Shown here: positions 28,061 to 38,394 of the stretch, in pieces
Numbering within the stretch: the first letter of the stretch is position 1
Layout of the letters: each line of letters begins with the position of its first letter
Source: a virus
Taxonomy: Duplodnaviria > Heunggongvirae > Uroviricota > Caudoviricetes
IMG/VR virus record: IMGVR_UViG_3300028591_000002
Location: 46,718-110,717 of that record
Reading direction: 5' to 3' (one strand)
DNA length: 64,000 bases
Translations under genes and position numbers: made by a program
Notes under the pieces: generated by a model
Told to the model about the DNA's origin: nothing
The model's database searches: none
What the model saw: only the letters and a program-made list of their open reading frames with translations

Positions 28061-31000
28061 ATGAAAAATTTAACTGGTTTATATTGGGAAAATTAGCAAT
28101 TTCCTAGTAATATGTATGATAACATTACTTATACCTTTAATATTGGAACAGTTACTGCATATTACGATGATAATTCCTCTTCAGTAATAACTGAAGGATT
28201 TACTTTTGAATCAGACAAAGGGTCTATAGGAAACTATTCTAGTATTACTAATTCTCTTGAATTTACTTCTCCAAAAAAAGTATATAAAGAAGAATAGGTA
28301 AATATAACACTTTCTTATACGGAAAATGGTATTACATAGACTGCTACAGTTAATTGTACTATACAACCAAACCCAATGCATAAGTCTGATTGTACATTTG
28401 ATACTATACAAAAAAACATTCACAGAAGATGGAATAGATTTATAAGAACATTTCTTCCAGATACAAGATTAATATCAAAACTTAATGTAGAAGATACTGA
28501 AAATCCTGTATCTTTAGGAGATATAAGTAAATATTCTGAAATAGAAGTTGATGGTAAAAAGATTACTCCAGAAACTAATAATTATACTTTTAATTCTACT
28601 GGAACTCACACAATTAAATATATTTTAAAAGAACCTGCAACTTTAACAGCTTAGATATTAAATGATTCTGCTATAGAAGAAGTTACTATACCAAAATCTA
28701 TAAATAGTATTTCATCTAATGCTATTCCTAATAGTACAAAAAGAATAACAGTTTCTTCTGGTAATTCTGCTTATTATTCTGAAGATAATGCTGTAGTTGA
28801 AACATCAACACACAAATTAATTTTTGGTGTAGATACTGTACCTTCTGGAGTAGTAACTATAGGAGAAGAGACTTTCAAAGAAAAAGATATTACATATATA
28901 GTAATTCCAAGTAGTGTAACTACAATAGAAGATTCTGCTTTTGATTCTTGTGAAAATTTATTAAATATAACTTTTGGTTCTAATGTTTCTTCAGTTGGAA
29001 ATAATATCTTAGATGGTTGTTCCAATATTTCAACTATTACTTTTGAAGGAGCAGTTCCTCCTACATTAAGTAGTAACTTTGGAACTATTAATGATGATTT
29101 TATTATTTATGTTCCAATTGCTAACGTTTCTGATTATAAAACTGCTTGGAGTCAATATGCAAGTAAAATAGTAGCTGATAATAGAATAAAAGCTAAATTC
29201 CATGTTGAAGATATTACATAGTCTGTAGAGTTAGGAGGATATGAACTTTCAGGAATTTATCCAGATGATGGAATGCCTGATGAAGAAACTCCTAGTGTAT
29301 ATCAATTTAAAACTCCTGGAGAACATATTGTTTATTATACTCTATAGGATGAAACTACTATTCCATCTATGTCTTTTGAGTTATGTGAAGCTTACGAAAT
29401 AAATCTTCCTAGTACTATTACTTCAGGACTTGTTGGAGGTTGGTCTGGACCGTTTGCAGCTTGTCATAATTTGATAACTGTAACTATACCAGAAAATAAC
29501 ACATACACCACTATAGATGGATGTATAATTGATAAAAATACTAAAACTGCTGTACTTATATCTAAAAATGCTATTCTTCCTACAGATAGTAACTTAGTAA
29601 CTACAATTGGACAAAACAGTTTTTTAAATTGTGATAACATTGAAAGTATTGGAGAGTCAGGAACTAATGTAGATTTTGTAATTCCAAATAATATAATAAC
29701 TATGAATTGGGAGGCACTAGCTAGTGGCTTATCTAATTTAAAAACTATAGTAATACCTAATACAGTAACTATTCTTGGTGGAGAAAATACTTTATATGCT
29801 AATGATAATTTAAAATATGTATATTTTAAATCTTCTACCCCTCCTACATCAGAAGATCCTGATTATGATATTGTTCCATCTAATTGTAAGATATATGTAC
29901 CTTCTTTTAGAGCTTAGGATACTTATAGAAATGATTCTTATTTTAGTAATTACTATAATCAAATATAGGTATGGCCAGAATGTAACATTTCATATACTTT
30001 ATCATTATACACTGATCCTGATATACCTCAAACTACTAATTCAGCAGAATCTGGAATACATTCTAATGCTTTCGGAAATGCAAATATAACTTCTTATTAT
30101 ACTGATATTGATTATGATCATGGTCATAAAATAGGAAAAATAACATTCGACAAAGATGTAACTACTATTGGAGATTATGCTCTATATGCAACAGATCTAA
30201 AATATGGAACATCATTTACAATTCCAAATAATATAATAAGTATTGGAAATTATGGTCTAGCTTGTAATGCATCTATAAGTAGTGAATTTACTTGTTTACA
30301 AAGTATAGGAAATCATGCCTTTGAAGGAAGTATAAATAGTAGTTTAATACTACCAGAAACTCTACAATCTATAGGAGAAGAAGCATTTAATAACTGTACT
30401 AAATTATAGTATATTTATATTAATGCATTAGTTCCTCCAACTTTAGGAAATAATGCATTAGATGGAACTTTTGATATAATTGTTCCATTTGAAGTAGAAG
30501 ATTTATATAAACAACAATGGCCTACTTATGCTAATAGAATAAATCCTTCTAATTATATATTATATAAAGCATCTTCAGCTCTTTCTACTACTACTTCTAA
30601 TTATAGTAATGGTATACATACTAATGCATTTGGAACTACTTTTAAATCGTATTAGTATTCTAATGGAATTGGAATTATTAAGTTTGAGAGTGCTCCATCT
30701 ACGATTGGCAGCGATGCTTTCAAAGGTTGTTCAGATCTAACTTCTGTCACCATCCCAAACAGTGTGACAAGTATTGGAAGCTCTGCTTTTTATAACTGTT
30801 CAAGTCTAACCTCTATCACTATTCCTTCCAGTGTGACCAGCATCGGAAATGGTGCGTTCTCTGGCTGTCGTGGCTTGACCTCTATCACTATTTCTTCCAG
30901 CGTGACCAGCATCGGGTCTCGTGCGTTCGAGTATTGTAGTGGTTTGACATCCGTCGTTATTCCTAACAGCGTTACCAGCATCGGGGATTATGCGTTTTCT

Positions 31001-33385
31001 GGTTGTAGTAGCTTGACATCCATCGAGATTCCTAACAATGTATTAAGTATAGGTTCATACGCTTTTTATAATTGTAACAGATTAGTTTCAGCAACACTAG
31101 GAGAAGGTATTTCTATTATTTCTGCATCATTATTTACTAATTGTACTGAATTACAAAATATAATTATAAAAGGCACAATTACTTCTATACAATCCAATTC
31201 TTTTGAAAATTGTAATAATTTGCCTATAGTAAATAGCATTATGTATGCAGATGTAATTGCATTATCTGTTACAGATAAAACTAAAACAACTTATAGTTTA
31301 AAAGAAGGAACATAGTTCCTTTGTAGTAATCTGTTCTCTGGCTGTTTAAATTTGATAAATATAGAAATTCCTAATACAATTAAATATATTGGAAATCAAG
31401 TATTCTATAATTGTACAAGTTTAACTAATATAACTATTCCTAATAGTGTTATACAGCTAGGATCAGGCGTTTTCCAAAATTGTTATAATTTGGAAGAAGT
31501 AATACTAGGAACTGGAATAAGTGCCATTCCAGCATACACTTTCTCAAATTGTCATAAATTAAGTAACTTTGTAATTCCAAGTAATATTGTCTCTATTGAT
31601 GCTGTAGCTTTTAATGAATCACTAAAATACTTTAATAATATTTCAGTGGAAAATGGTAATACTGTATATGCAACAGACTCTGTGAATAAGATATTAATAG
31701 ATGTAAATACTAATACTTTAATTATGGGATTCAACAATACTGTAACAATTCCTAATAATATTGTTTCAATATATCCTTTTGCATTTACTAATTGTTCTGA
31801 ATTACAAAGTATTAATATTCCAACAAATGTTACTAATTTATATTCTACTACTTTTTAGGGATGTGATTCAATAAATACTATAACAGTAGATGAACATAAT
31901 TAGTTCTATGACTCTAGAGATAATTGTAATGCTGTTATACAGAAAAGTACGAATTCGATAATTCTAGGCTGTAAAAATACTAAAATACCAAATAGTGTAG
32001 TTTCTATAGGAGGAGCATTCAAATATTGTAAGGGTCTTACCTCTATAGTAATTCCAGATAATATTACTTCAATAGCTGAATCTTTCTATGGATGTGAAAA
32101 CCTTACAGATGTAATATTGGGAAAAGGAATATAGAGTATAGGTTATTCTATATTTACAGGCTGTGCAAACCTAACAAAGGTAATACTTTTAGGAACAAAT
32201 GTGCCAACAGGATCAACTGGAATATTTACTGATCTACCTAACAATTGTATAATATATGTTCCTTCCGATAGTCTTTAGAATTATAGAAATACTTGGAACT
32301 CTTCTTCTACAGTATGGGGAGGAAAAACTGTTGATGTTACTACTAAAATATAGGCTTTACCTTCTCATATTATATATAAGGCTTCTTACAAGCTGAATTG
32401 TGAAGGAGATGAAGAGGATCCAGGATTTAATACTAATGTAATTGCACATATATTTGGAAATGGAATTGGATTATTATTATTTGAAAATAATGTTACTTCA
32501 ATTGGATGGAATTCTTTTATGAAAACTCAATTAAAAGAAATAATTATTCCAGACACAGTAACTTATATAAGTTAGGATGCTTTCTTAAATTGTCCTATTG
32601 AAGTTATGGAAATACAAGCAATTACTCCTCCAAGATTATAGTATGATGATATTCCAGATTCAACAATTATATATGTTCCAGAATAGAGTGTAACTGCATA
32701 TAAAACAGCTTCTAACTGGAGTAATCATGCTAGTAATATAGTTTCAAAAAATATGGTATTAATTTATAAATCTTCAAGTAAGTTAGCTGAAGTTTAGAAT
32801 GCTGGAGATAGTGGTATAAATACTAATGCTTTCAACGAGAATATTGTAACCCATACTTTTAAAGATGGTGTTGGAACAATTGTATTTGATTCTAATGTTA
32901 CTAGTATAGGAAGTGGAGCATTTACAGGAATATAGTTAACTGATATGGAATTTCCTAAGTCTATCACTTATATAAGTGACTCTGCATTTCAATAGTGTAG
33001 TTTACCTACAGTAAATTCTTATTTAACTTGCTTAGGTACATGTATTGTGAGAAGTTCTTCTTCTTCAGGTTTAAATTATATACCAAATAATACAGAATTT
33101 ATAGCAAGTGGGGCTTTTAATATAAGTGCTTCTTATGTAAGCTCCATTACTATTCCTTCTAAAGTTCTATATATAGGTGATAATGCATTCTATTTCTCAA
33201 GTGGTTATACTAGTAGTACACTAACTGTTACAATAAAGGCTATAGAACCTCCTGTAATAGGAAGTAATGTATTTAATATTGGTTATGGAAGAGCTTTTTC
33301 AATATTAGTTCCATATGCAAGTGTTAATGCTTATAAAACTGCTTGGAGTTCTTATTCTAATTATATTTCTGGTGCTAACATTTAA
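28061..33385 (+). CDS. ~1774-aa BspA-type leucine-rich-repeat (LRR_5-like) protein, recoded; candidate adhesin or receptor-binding protein
   Basis: Fragments 28112, 28376, 29369, 30764, 31352 and 33047 are in one frame. Many IPxSVTxIGxxAFxxCxxL repeats and six PPxL..VP..YKxAW-type caps. TAA 33383-33385. Confidence 0.88.
30761..31030 (+). repeat. tandem 69-bp (23-aa) LRR repeats with high mutual DNA identity and elevated GC
   Basis: agtgtgacaagtattgga (30761), agtgtgaccagcatcgga (30830), agcgtgaccagcatcggg (30899) and agcgttaccagcatcggg (30968) recur with an exact 69-nt period. Confidence 0.85.
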
Positions 33386-33400
33386 TTTTTAAAATAAAAA

Positions 33401-33448
33401 AATAAGGGGGAAACCACAGCATAATGCCGTGATTTCCCCCTATTATTT
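33401..33448. terminator. bidirectional intrinsic terminator between the convergent late (+) and early (-) modules
   Basis: aataagggggaaa-ccacagcataatgccgtga-tttccccctatt, flanked by an A-tract on the left and a T-tract on the right, between convergent stops at 33385 and 33449. Confidence 0.85.
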
Positions 33449-33679
33449 TTATTTAGATTGTTGTATCAATTCGATTTCTTTATTAATGTAAAAGATAGCC
33501 TTTTTTAAGTCTTCTATAGTTTTATCTTTTTGAGATAACATGGAATCTTCCTTTAATCCAGCCCTCCATAAGTATTTAATTGCATTTCCTATACAAAAAT
33601 CCCTATATTTTGTAATTTCAATACACTCAACACCAGATGGATCACTAGTATAATGTTTAGGATGGTCCACATTATTCAT
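33449..33679 (-). CDS. DUF3310-like phage protein
   Basis: VDHPKHYT..VECIE..GNAIKYLWRAG.K..EDLKKA.FY pattern. Confidence 0.85.
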   Translation of the reverse strand: MNNVDHPKHYTSDPSGVECIEITKYRDFCIGNAIKYLWRAGLKEDSMLSQKDKTIEDLKKAIFYINKEIELIQQSK

Positions 33680-33938
33680 AAGAAGATTCTATTTGTTTTA
33701 CTAATTTAGAATAATCTTTACTTAAATCTTTATCATCTACATAAAAAGATATAGAATCATCTATATCTGTTGCTTCAAACCATAATGGATCTTCTTTATC
33801 TTCCACATAGGGTTCTAATACTTCCCATAATGATTCTCCCGCAACAGTAACTTCCATTTCATTTTTAGTTCCAGAAAATAAAACTATTTCTCTAAAAGGA
33901 TACTGTTCTCCTTTAAACTCAAATAAACCGTTGTTCAT
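33672..33938 (-). CDS. hypothetical acidic protein
   Basis: 88-aa ORF overlapping both neighbours in the operon. Confidence 0.75.
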   Translation of the reverse strand: MNNGLFEFKGEQYPFREIVLFSGTKNEMEVTVAGESLWEVLEPYVEDKEDPLWFEATDIDDSISFYVDDKDLSKDYSKLVKQIESSYE

Positions 33939-34378
33939 ACTGTATGTGATTTTACAATGTCCGCAATCATTTTTCCATCTGCTGCAGGATATGCTTCCTT
34001 TAATTTCTTGATAACATTTCCCATATCTTTCTTATCTATTTTAGGATTAGCTGAATCATACATACCAATTAACACTATTTCTAAGTCACTCCTTGAAGGA
34101 ATTCTAGGCATAAATTCTTTAAGATATTTAGCTTGTTCCATTTCAATATCAGCTAAATCTATTCTATTATATTGTGAATATATAAGAGCTGCATCTTCTC
34201 TTTCAGATATTAATTTCTTTAAAATAGAAATTTCTGCAGCATTATCTAAAGGTTTAGCATTTTTAGCTGTCTTATATTGTAAAAAAGCATTTTTAAGTGC
34301 TCTTAGAGCTTCCTTTTTTTGTTGATTCCCTTCTTTGGTCGCTTCCAAAATTTTAGAATCCAGTAAGTCTACTATCAT
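33935..34378 (-). CDS. GatB/YqeY domain protein
   Basis: 147 aa; ALRALK..ILKKLISEREDAA..YNR.DLA..E...L..FMP..DMGNVIK..ADGK is the YqeY pattern. Confidence 0.9.
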   Translation of the reverse strand: MIVDLLDSKILEATKEGNQQKKEALRALKNAFLQYKTAKNAKPLDNAAEISILKKLISEREDAALIYSQYNRIDLADIEMEQAKYLKEFMPRIPSRSDLEIVLIGMYDSANPKIDKKDMGNVIKKLKEAYPAADGKMIADIVKSHTV

Positions 34379-34403
34379 AATTTCTTATTAAAATTTAGAA
34401 AAT

Positions 34404-34431
34404 AAGGCACCTGTCATTCGGCTGGTGCCTT
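34404..34431 (-). terminator. intrinsic terminator
   Basis: aaggcacc/ggtgcctt stem followed on the - strand by ttattttct. Confidence 0.7.
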
Positions 34432-34494
34432 TTTATATATACCAACGGGAATTTGTCCCACTCTAAATCTCAAGCCTTTTAGAGAGTAAAATTT

Positions 34495-34719
34495 TTACTC
34501 TTCAGTTTCTGGCTCCTTATCGTTGCAATCTAAATCTTCTATATTTTCCTTATTAACTTGGGCTTGATTATTTTGAGGTAGTATATTAGTTGGAGCACCT
34601 AATCTTGCTGCAATAAGTGCTGAATTAATAGCATGCTCAAAAATTCCAGTAAATAATATATCTTGTTCTTTCCCCATAAGTTCAAGGGATACATTGTTAA
34701 TATTAAAACTAAATGTCAT
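34495..34719 (-). CDS. hypothetical protein
   Basis: Probable ATG at 34719 (MTFSFNIN) inside the track ORF 34495..34755. Confidence 0.65.
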   Translation of the reverse strand: MTFSFNINNVSLELMGKEQDILFTGIFEHAINSALIAARLGAPTNILPQNNQAQVNKENIEDLDCNDKEPETEE

Positions 34720-35377
34720 AATAAAAAGGTTTATAAGAAATTGTATAAGATTCATCTACTACAGAAACATTGACTACTTTAGTATTTTCCAACATTTCAA
34801 TTTCATGGTTTGAAGAATGTAAATGCCCATGTACTAATAACTTAGGATTTTTCTCCAAAACAACTGATCTAAGAGCTTCATTTCCAATATGTATTCCATT
34901 TCCCCAACAAATATCACTTGCTCCATAAGGCGCATCATGACTTACAACTATATCACAGTCTTTAGGCATTCTTGAATAATAATCATAACAAGCTTCTTGA
35001 TTTTTCATAAACGCCCAATTACCGAATACTTTACACACTGGAGTTCCAAATATTTTAAGGATTCTACCATCTTCAGTCATATATTCAGCAACTTCATTTT
35101 CTAAATATATAACTTTAGTTCCTCTAAATATTTCTTTAATTTTTGGAGTATTATTCTCAAATGCAAAATCATGATTTCCAGCGACTAAAATAATATTTTC
35201 ACATGGTTGTTTTTGACACCATGGAACAAATTTTTTCTTTAACCAAGATAAAGATTGGGGAATATTTCTTTGCATTTTAAGTGGAATAACATCACCACAA
35301 ATTAATAATAAATTACATGGTTCAATATTTATATTATTTTGTAAACCATGCATATCTCCTATTGCACAAATTTTCAT
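34709..35377 (-). CDS. calcineurin-like metallophosphoesterase
   Basis: DMHG, GD, GNHD and HGHLH motifs; ends in TAG with a TAA two codons later. Confidence 0.9.
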   Translation of the reverse strand: MKICAIGDMHGLQNNINIEPCNLLLICGDVIPLKMQRNIPQSLSWLKKKFVPWCQKQPCENIILVAGNHDFAFENNTPKIKEIFRGTKVIYLENEVAEYMTEDGRILKIFGTPVCKVFGNWAFMKNQEACYDYYSRMPKDCDIVVSHDAPYGASDICWGNGIHIGNEALRSVVLEKNPKLLVHGHLHSSNHEIEMLENTKVVNVSVVDESYTISYKPFYYDI

Positions 35378-35658
35378 AATGAATATGATGGGTCATCAGA
35401 CAATACATAAGAATAATCACTTTTATAGTTGTTAATACAACAATTTTTAAATTTTTTACCTGAACCACAAGGACACGGGTCATTTCTATTTATTTTAAGA
35501 TTTTTTCTTACCCAAGGAGTATGTGCTTGATGCCATATTTGTTGAAATTTAGCACTATTTGCAATATTTTTTAAATCTTCTTCAGTAATTTCTTTATCTT
35601 TTGGATTGTCAACAAGCTCCACTGCTTGAATTTCTGGAGTAAGTTTTTCGTCTTGCAT
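35374..35658 (-). CDS. SEC-C motif (zinc-binding) protein
   Basis: [17 protein letters not shown]. Confidence 0.9.
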   Translation of the reverse strand: MQDEKLTPEIQAVELVDNPKDKEITEEDLKNIANSAKFQQIWHQAHTPWVRKNLKINRNDPCPCGSGKKFKNCCINNYKSDYSYVLSDDPSYSL

Positions 35659-36218
35659 TGTTCATCAATTTTACTTTGTACCTCATTCCAAGATACTGGT
35701 TTATAATTATTGTTATCTACTCCAACATCATATTGAAATCTATGTAAATTAAAGTATGGATTACTTTTACAGGAATGAATATGCCCAAATAACTGGTATA
35801 CAGCATTTTCAGGTTTTCTAGCACATCCACCCCAACTTAAAAAAGGAAAGTGATTTAAATAGACACTTCTATCTCCTAATTGAATTTGTAATTGATAAGT
35901 GGTTCCTTCAAATAATTCATTGCATAATGAATCTTTTAGATGTCTATCATGATTTCCTTTTACAAGAATAATCTTTCCATTGAGTTGGTTTCTAATCTCT
36001 CGTATTCTATTACTTCCACAAAAAGCAAAATCTCCAAGATGAAATACAATATCATCAGGTTTAACTACATTATTCCAATTTTCAATTAATCTTTTATCCA
36101 TTTCTTCAACACTGGAGAAAGGACGTTTACAGTATTCTAATATATTTTTATGTCCAAAATGAGTATCAGATGTAAAAAATATTTTGGACAATTCTTCTTC
36201 TTTAAATTTAGTTACCAT
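35571..36218 (-). CDS. calcineurin-like metallophosphoesterase
   Basis: SDTHFGH, GDFA, GNHD and GHIH motifs. Confidence 0.9.
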   Translation of the reverse strand: MVTKFKEEELSKIFFTSDTHFGHKNILEYCKRPFSSVEEMDKRLIENWNNVVKPDDIVFHLGDFAFCGSNRIREIRNQLNGKIILVKGNHDRHLKDSLCNELFEGTTYQLQIQLGDRSVYLNHFPFLSWGGCARKPENAVYQLFGHIHSCKSNPYFNLHRFQYDVGVDNNNYKPVSWNEVQSKIDEQCKTKNLLQKFKQWSLLTIQKIKKLLKKI

Positions 36219-36448
36219 ACATCAGTATCAGTTATATCATAAAGATGTCCATTACAAGACATCTTAGTAGTATACCCAATCCCATTAAGTTTGAAGATAA
36301 ACTCTTTGTCTCCTTCAATATTTTTTATATATTCCATTTGTTTTGGTGTCAACTGAAATTTATAACAAGATTGGTCTGTGTTATTCACTAATTTCTGTTT
36401 AGTAAAAAACTTTTTTATTTTATTAATAAGTTGGAACATAGTCTTCAA
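36212..36448 (-). CDS. hypothetical protein
   Basis: ORF in an overlapping operon array. Confidence 0.7.
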   Translation of the reverse strand: MKTMFQLINKIKKFFTKQKLVNNTDQSCYKFQLTPKQMEYIKNIEGDKEFIFKLNGIGYTTKMSCNGHLYDITDTDVW

Positions 36449-36758
36449 GTATTGATGTTCCTATTCTAATTAAAGCTTTAGCTACTTCTATACTTTCCAC
36501 ATATTCTGGAAGATTTTCGACTTTTTCACGTATTTCATACCAAAAATCATCAAGAGAATCTTCTACCATTTGAATATGTGTATCTAAAAGATAATCATCA
36601 AGTTCTTCAATGACACTTTCTTTATCTTCATCACTTATAGTTTCATTTGGATTATCGCTTAGATATTTTTCTACTATTTCTTTAGCCTTATCCTTGTAAT
36701 AATCTCCATATTCATCTTCCTTTACATAATTATCATACAATTCTTCAGCTGTTAACAT
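36423..36758 (-). CDS. hypothetical highly acidic protein
   Basis: 111-aa D/E-rich ORF in the operon. Confidence 0.75.
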   Translation of the reverse strand: MLTAEELYDNYVKEDEYGDYYKDKAKEIVEKYLSDNPNETISDEDKESVIEELDDYLLDTHIQMVEDSLDDFWYEIREKVENLPEYVESIEVAKALIRIGTSILEDYVPTY

Positions 36759-36870
36759 AAGTAACTTTCAATTTTTTAAGTTCTTCAATAATTTCATCTT
36801 TAGATTTATTAGATTTCACAATTTCTATAGCTCTTTCTAAAGCATAATTCCAACCCCTAACATAACTCAT
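36745..36870 (-). CDS. 41-aa small protein (below the ORF-track cutoff)
   Basis: ATG at 36870 overlaps the TGA of the upstream gene; MSYVRGWNYALERAIEIVKSNKSKDEIIEELKKLKVTYVNS fills the operon gap exactly. Confidence 0.6.
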   Translation of the reverse strand: MSYVRGWNYALERAIEIVKSNKSKDEIIEELKKLKVTYVNS

Positions 36871-37055
36871 TCTTTCACTGCTTCTATTGAGTCAATTTGC
36901 CAATCATCTGTTGTTAAATCTCCAGGTTCATAGGTATTAGTCATATCTAAGTCTAATAAGTCATATTTACTTAATATTTCATCAGCTGAATCTGCTTCAA
37001 CTGTATAAGTTCCAGTTTCAACCAAAAACTTAGTAACATTTACTTCATATTTCAT
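36867..37055 (-). CDS. hypothetical acidic protein
   Basis: 62 aa, ATGA-coupled. Confidence 0.7.
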   Translation of the reverse strand: MKYEVNVTKFLVETGTYTVEADSADEILSKYDLLDLDMTNTYEPGDLTTDDWQIDSIEAVKE

Positions 37056-37687
37056 GGTATATATAAAATTGTTGGATTGTTTTTATGAACATCTATATCT
37101 GGATATCTCTCTTTAAATTGTTGAAGATTAAATGGAGTTGTTATTAAATGATATCCATTTTTAGTTGGAATATCTGTAATAACTTTTGCAATTCTTAACG
37201 GATTATGTAATAAAGTATGTGGTTCACATTCTTTATCTATAAAATCAGCAATTTCTCCCCAAGAAGGTTCTAAATTAGGATATTCCATACTGTGGTCAAT
37301 ATCTACAATCCATCTAGGGTCTTCTCCCTTTATCATTCCAGCACAAGTATTCCAAGATTTCCATATCTTTTTATAATCTCCATTATATATTCTTTCTGAA
37401 AGATATTTTAATTGAAGTAAAGCTGTTTTTCTTATCGATTTTTGAGTCAGATTAATATATGCTCTTGCTCCAAAAAATTCACAAAGTTTTTTAACTTCTT
37501 CTTCAACATAATCCAGACTTTCTAGACTACAAATAAAATATGATTTAATTAATCTATTTGCAGCTGGAAGGTCTGGATGGTCTTTTCCTCTTCTAATAAT
37601 TTGTAAATGATAGTATACATCATCGTTTGGAAATTCTAAAAGAGATTTTATTAACTCAAAATTATCAATCATAATTTCGTTCATCAT
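37052..37687 (-). CDS. conserved phage protein with AEP/PrimPol-like motifs
   Basis: WIVDID and PTKNGYHLI resemble AEP motifs I (hhhDhD) and II (sxxGhH); the assignment is motif-level only. Confidence 0.5.
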   Translation of the reverse strand: MMNEIMIDNFELIKSLLEFPNDDVYYHLQIIRRGKDHPDLPAANRLIKSYFICSLESLDYVEEEVKKLCEFFGARAYINLTQKSIRKTALLQLKYLSERIYNGDYKKIWKSWNTCAGMIKGEDPRWIVDIDHSMEYPNLEPSWGEIADFIDKECEPHTLLHNPLRIAKVITDIPTKNGYHLITTPFNLQQFKERYPDIDVHKNNPTILYIP

Positions 37688-38030
37688 AAATAATCTCAGG
37701 TAAATCGTCCTCTGATGTAGGGCCTCCAGGAATATAATCTTGAAGATCTTTTACAGACATTTCTTCTGATTCAAAACTACAATCACATTCCCAGTCCTCG
37801 TATGCTTGATCGTAAGCTTCTCGTTCTTCTTCTTCTGATTCATATTCTTCATCTTCTAAATGAAGCATCCAGCTATAATCATTCCATAACTCATTTGTTA
37901 TTTCCGAATAAGGAAAATTAGGACAATCTAATGGATCTTCTTCAGAAAATGCACAATAATATTGTTCTGTTCCACAAATAGGAGCAGATGCTTTTACTAG
38001 CCAAGATTTAATCTGTTTCATGTAATACAA
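37665..38030 (-). CDS. hypothetical highly acidic protein (probable paralog of 43476..43736)
   Basis: EDEEYESEEEEREAYDQAYEDW run; W.V..S.P N-terminus. Confidence 0.75.
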   Translation of the reverse strand: MYYMKQIKSWLVKASAPICGTEQYYCAFSEEDPLDCPNFPYSEITNELWNDYSWMLHLEDEEYESEEEEREAYDQAYEDWECDCSFESEEMSVKDLQDYIPGGPTSEDDLPEIIYDERNYD

Positions 38031-38394
38031 ATGTTATAAATTTTTGTTCTTCTTCATCATATATAGTACATAATGGATCACATTCATTTGGATTAAATTT
38101 AGTATTACCTAAATCAAAATCTTCATACCAAGAATTAAGTTCGCATATAATAAATCCAGACCATCCATCTGGACCACCTAAGAAATCATATCCATTTTCT
38201 CTTTTTAATGTGAATCCACCTTCATCTTCTTCAATTAAATCAGAATCAATTCTCTTTAACCATTCTTCTACATTATTGTCTCCGTAACATTTAAATTTAT
38301 GTAAATTAAAAGGCCAACCAGAAAATTTTTCTTTTATAATTCTTTTAGCTAAATCTAAATCTTCTACAACTCCATACTTATTAATTCCTTTCAT
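38008..38394 (-). CDS. hypothetical protein
   Basis: 128-aa operonic ORF. Confidence 0.75.
   Translation of the reverse strand: MKGINKYGVVEDLDLAKRIIKEKFSGWPFNLHKFKCYGDNNVEEWLKRIDSDLIEEDEGGFTLKRENGYDFLGGPDGWSGFIICELNSWYEDFDLGNTKFNPNECDPLCTIYDEEEQKFITFVLHETD

Noticed and set aside
29817-30089. Alternative-frame + ORF inside the LRR gene
   Set aside because: Out of frame with the LRR repeats; low-complexity Ile/Leu translation typical of a shifted AT-rich frame.
30761-31030. CRISPR array or DGR variable region
   Set aside because: The 69-bp period equals the 23-aa LRR unit with no unique spacers; there is no reverse transcriptase or adenine-specific TR/VR pair in the window.
905-31737. Minus-strand ORFs opposite the recoded genes (905, 1645, 2774, 8474, 15035, 17647, 27136, 28211, 28774, 30790, 31552)
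   Set aside because: Antisense shadows of long coding frames with no recognisable motifs.
725-33385. About 35 short + strand ORFs in the provided track as separate genes
   Set aside because: They fall into single frames separated only by TAG and are fragments of six large recoded genes.
1-33385. Pseudogene decay or sequencing errors as the cause of the fragmentation
   Set aside because: The interruptions I read are exclusively TAG, frames never shift, and catalytic motifs are intact.
35571-35658. 88-nt overlap of the phosphoesterase and SEC-C genes as a programmed frameshift or fusion
   Set aside because: Both ORFs have their own start and stop, and no slippery site was evident; overlaps are routine in this module.
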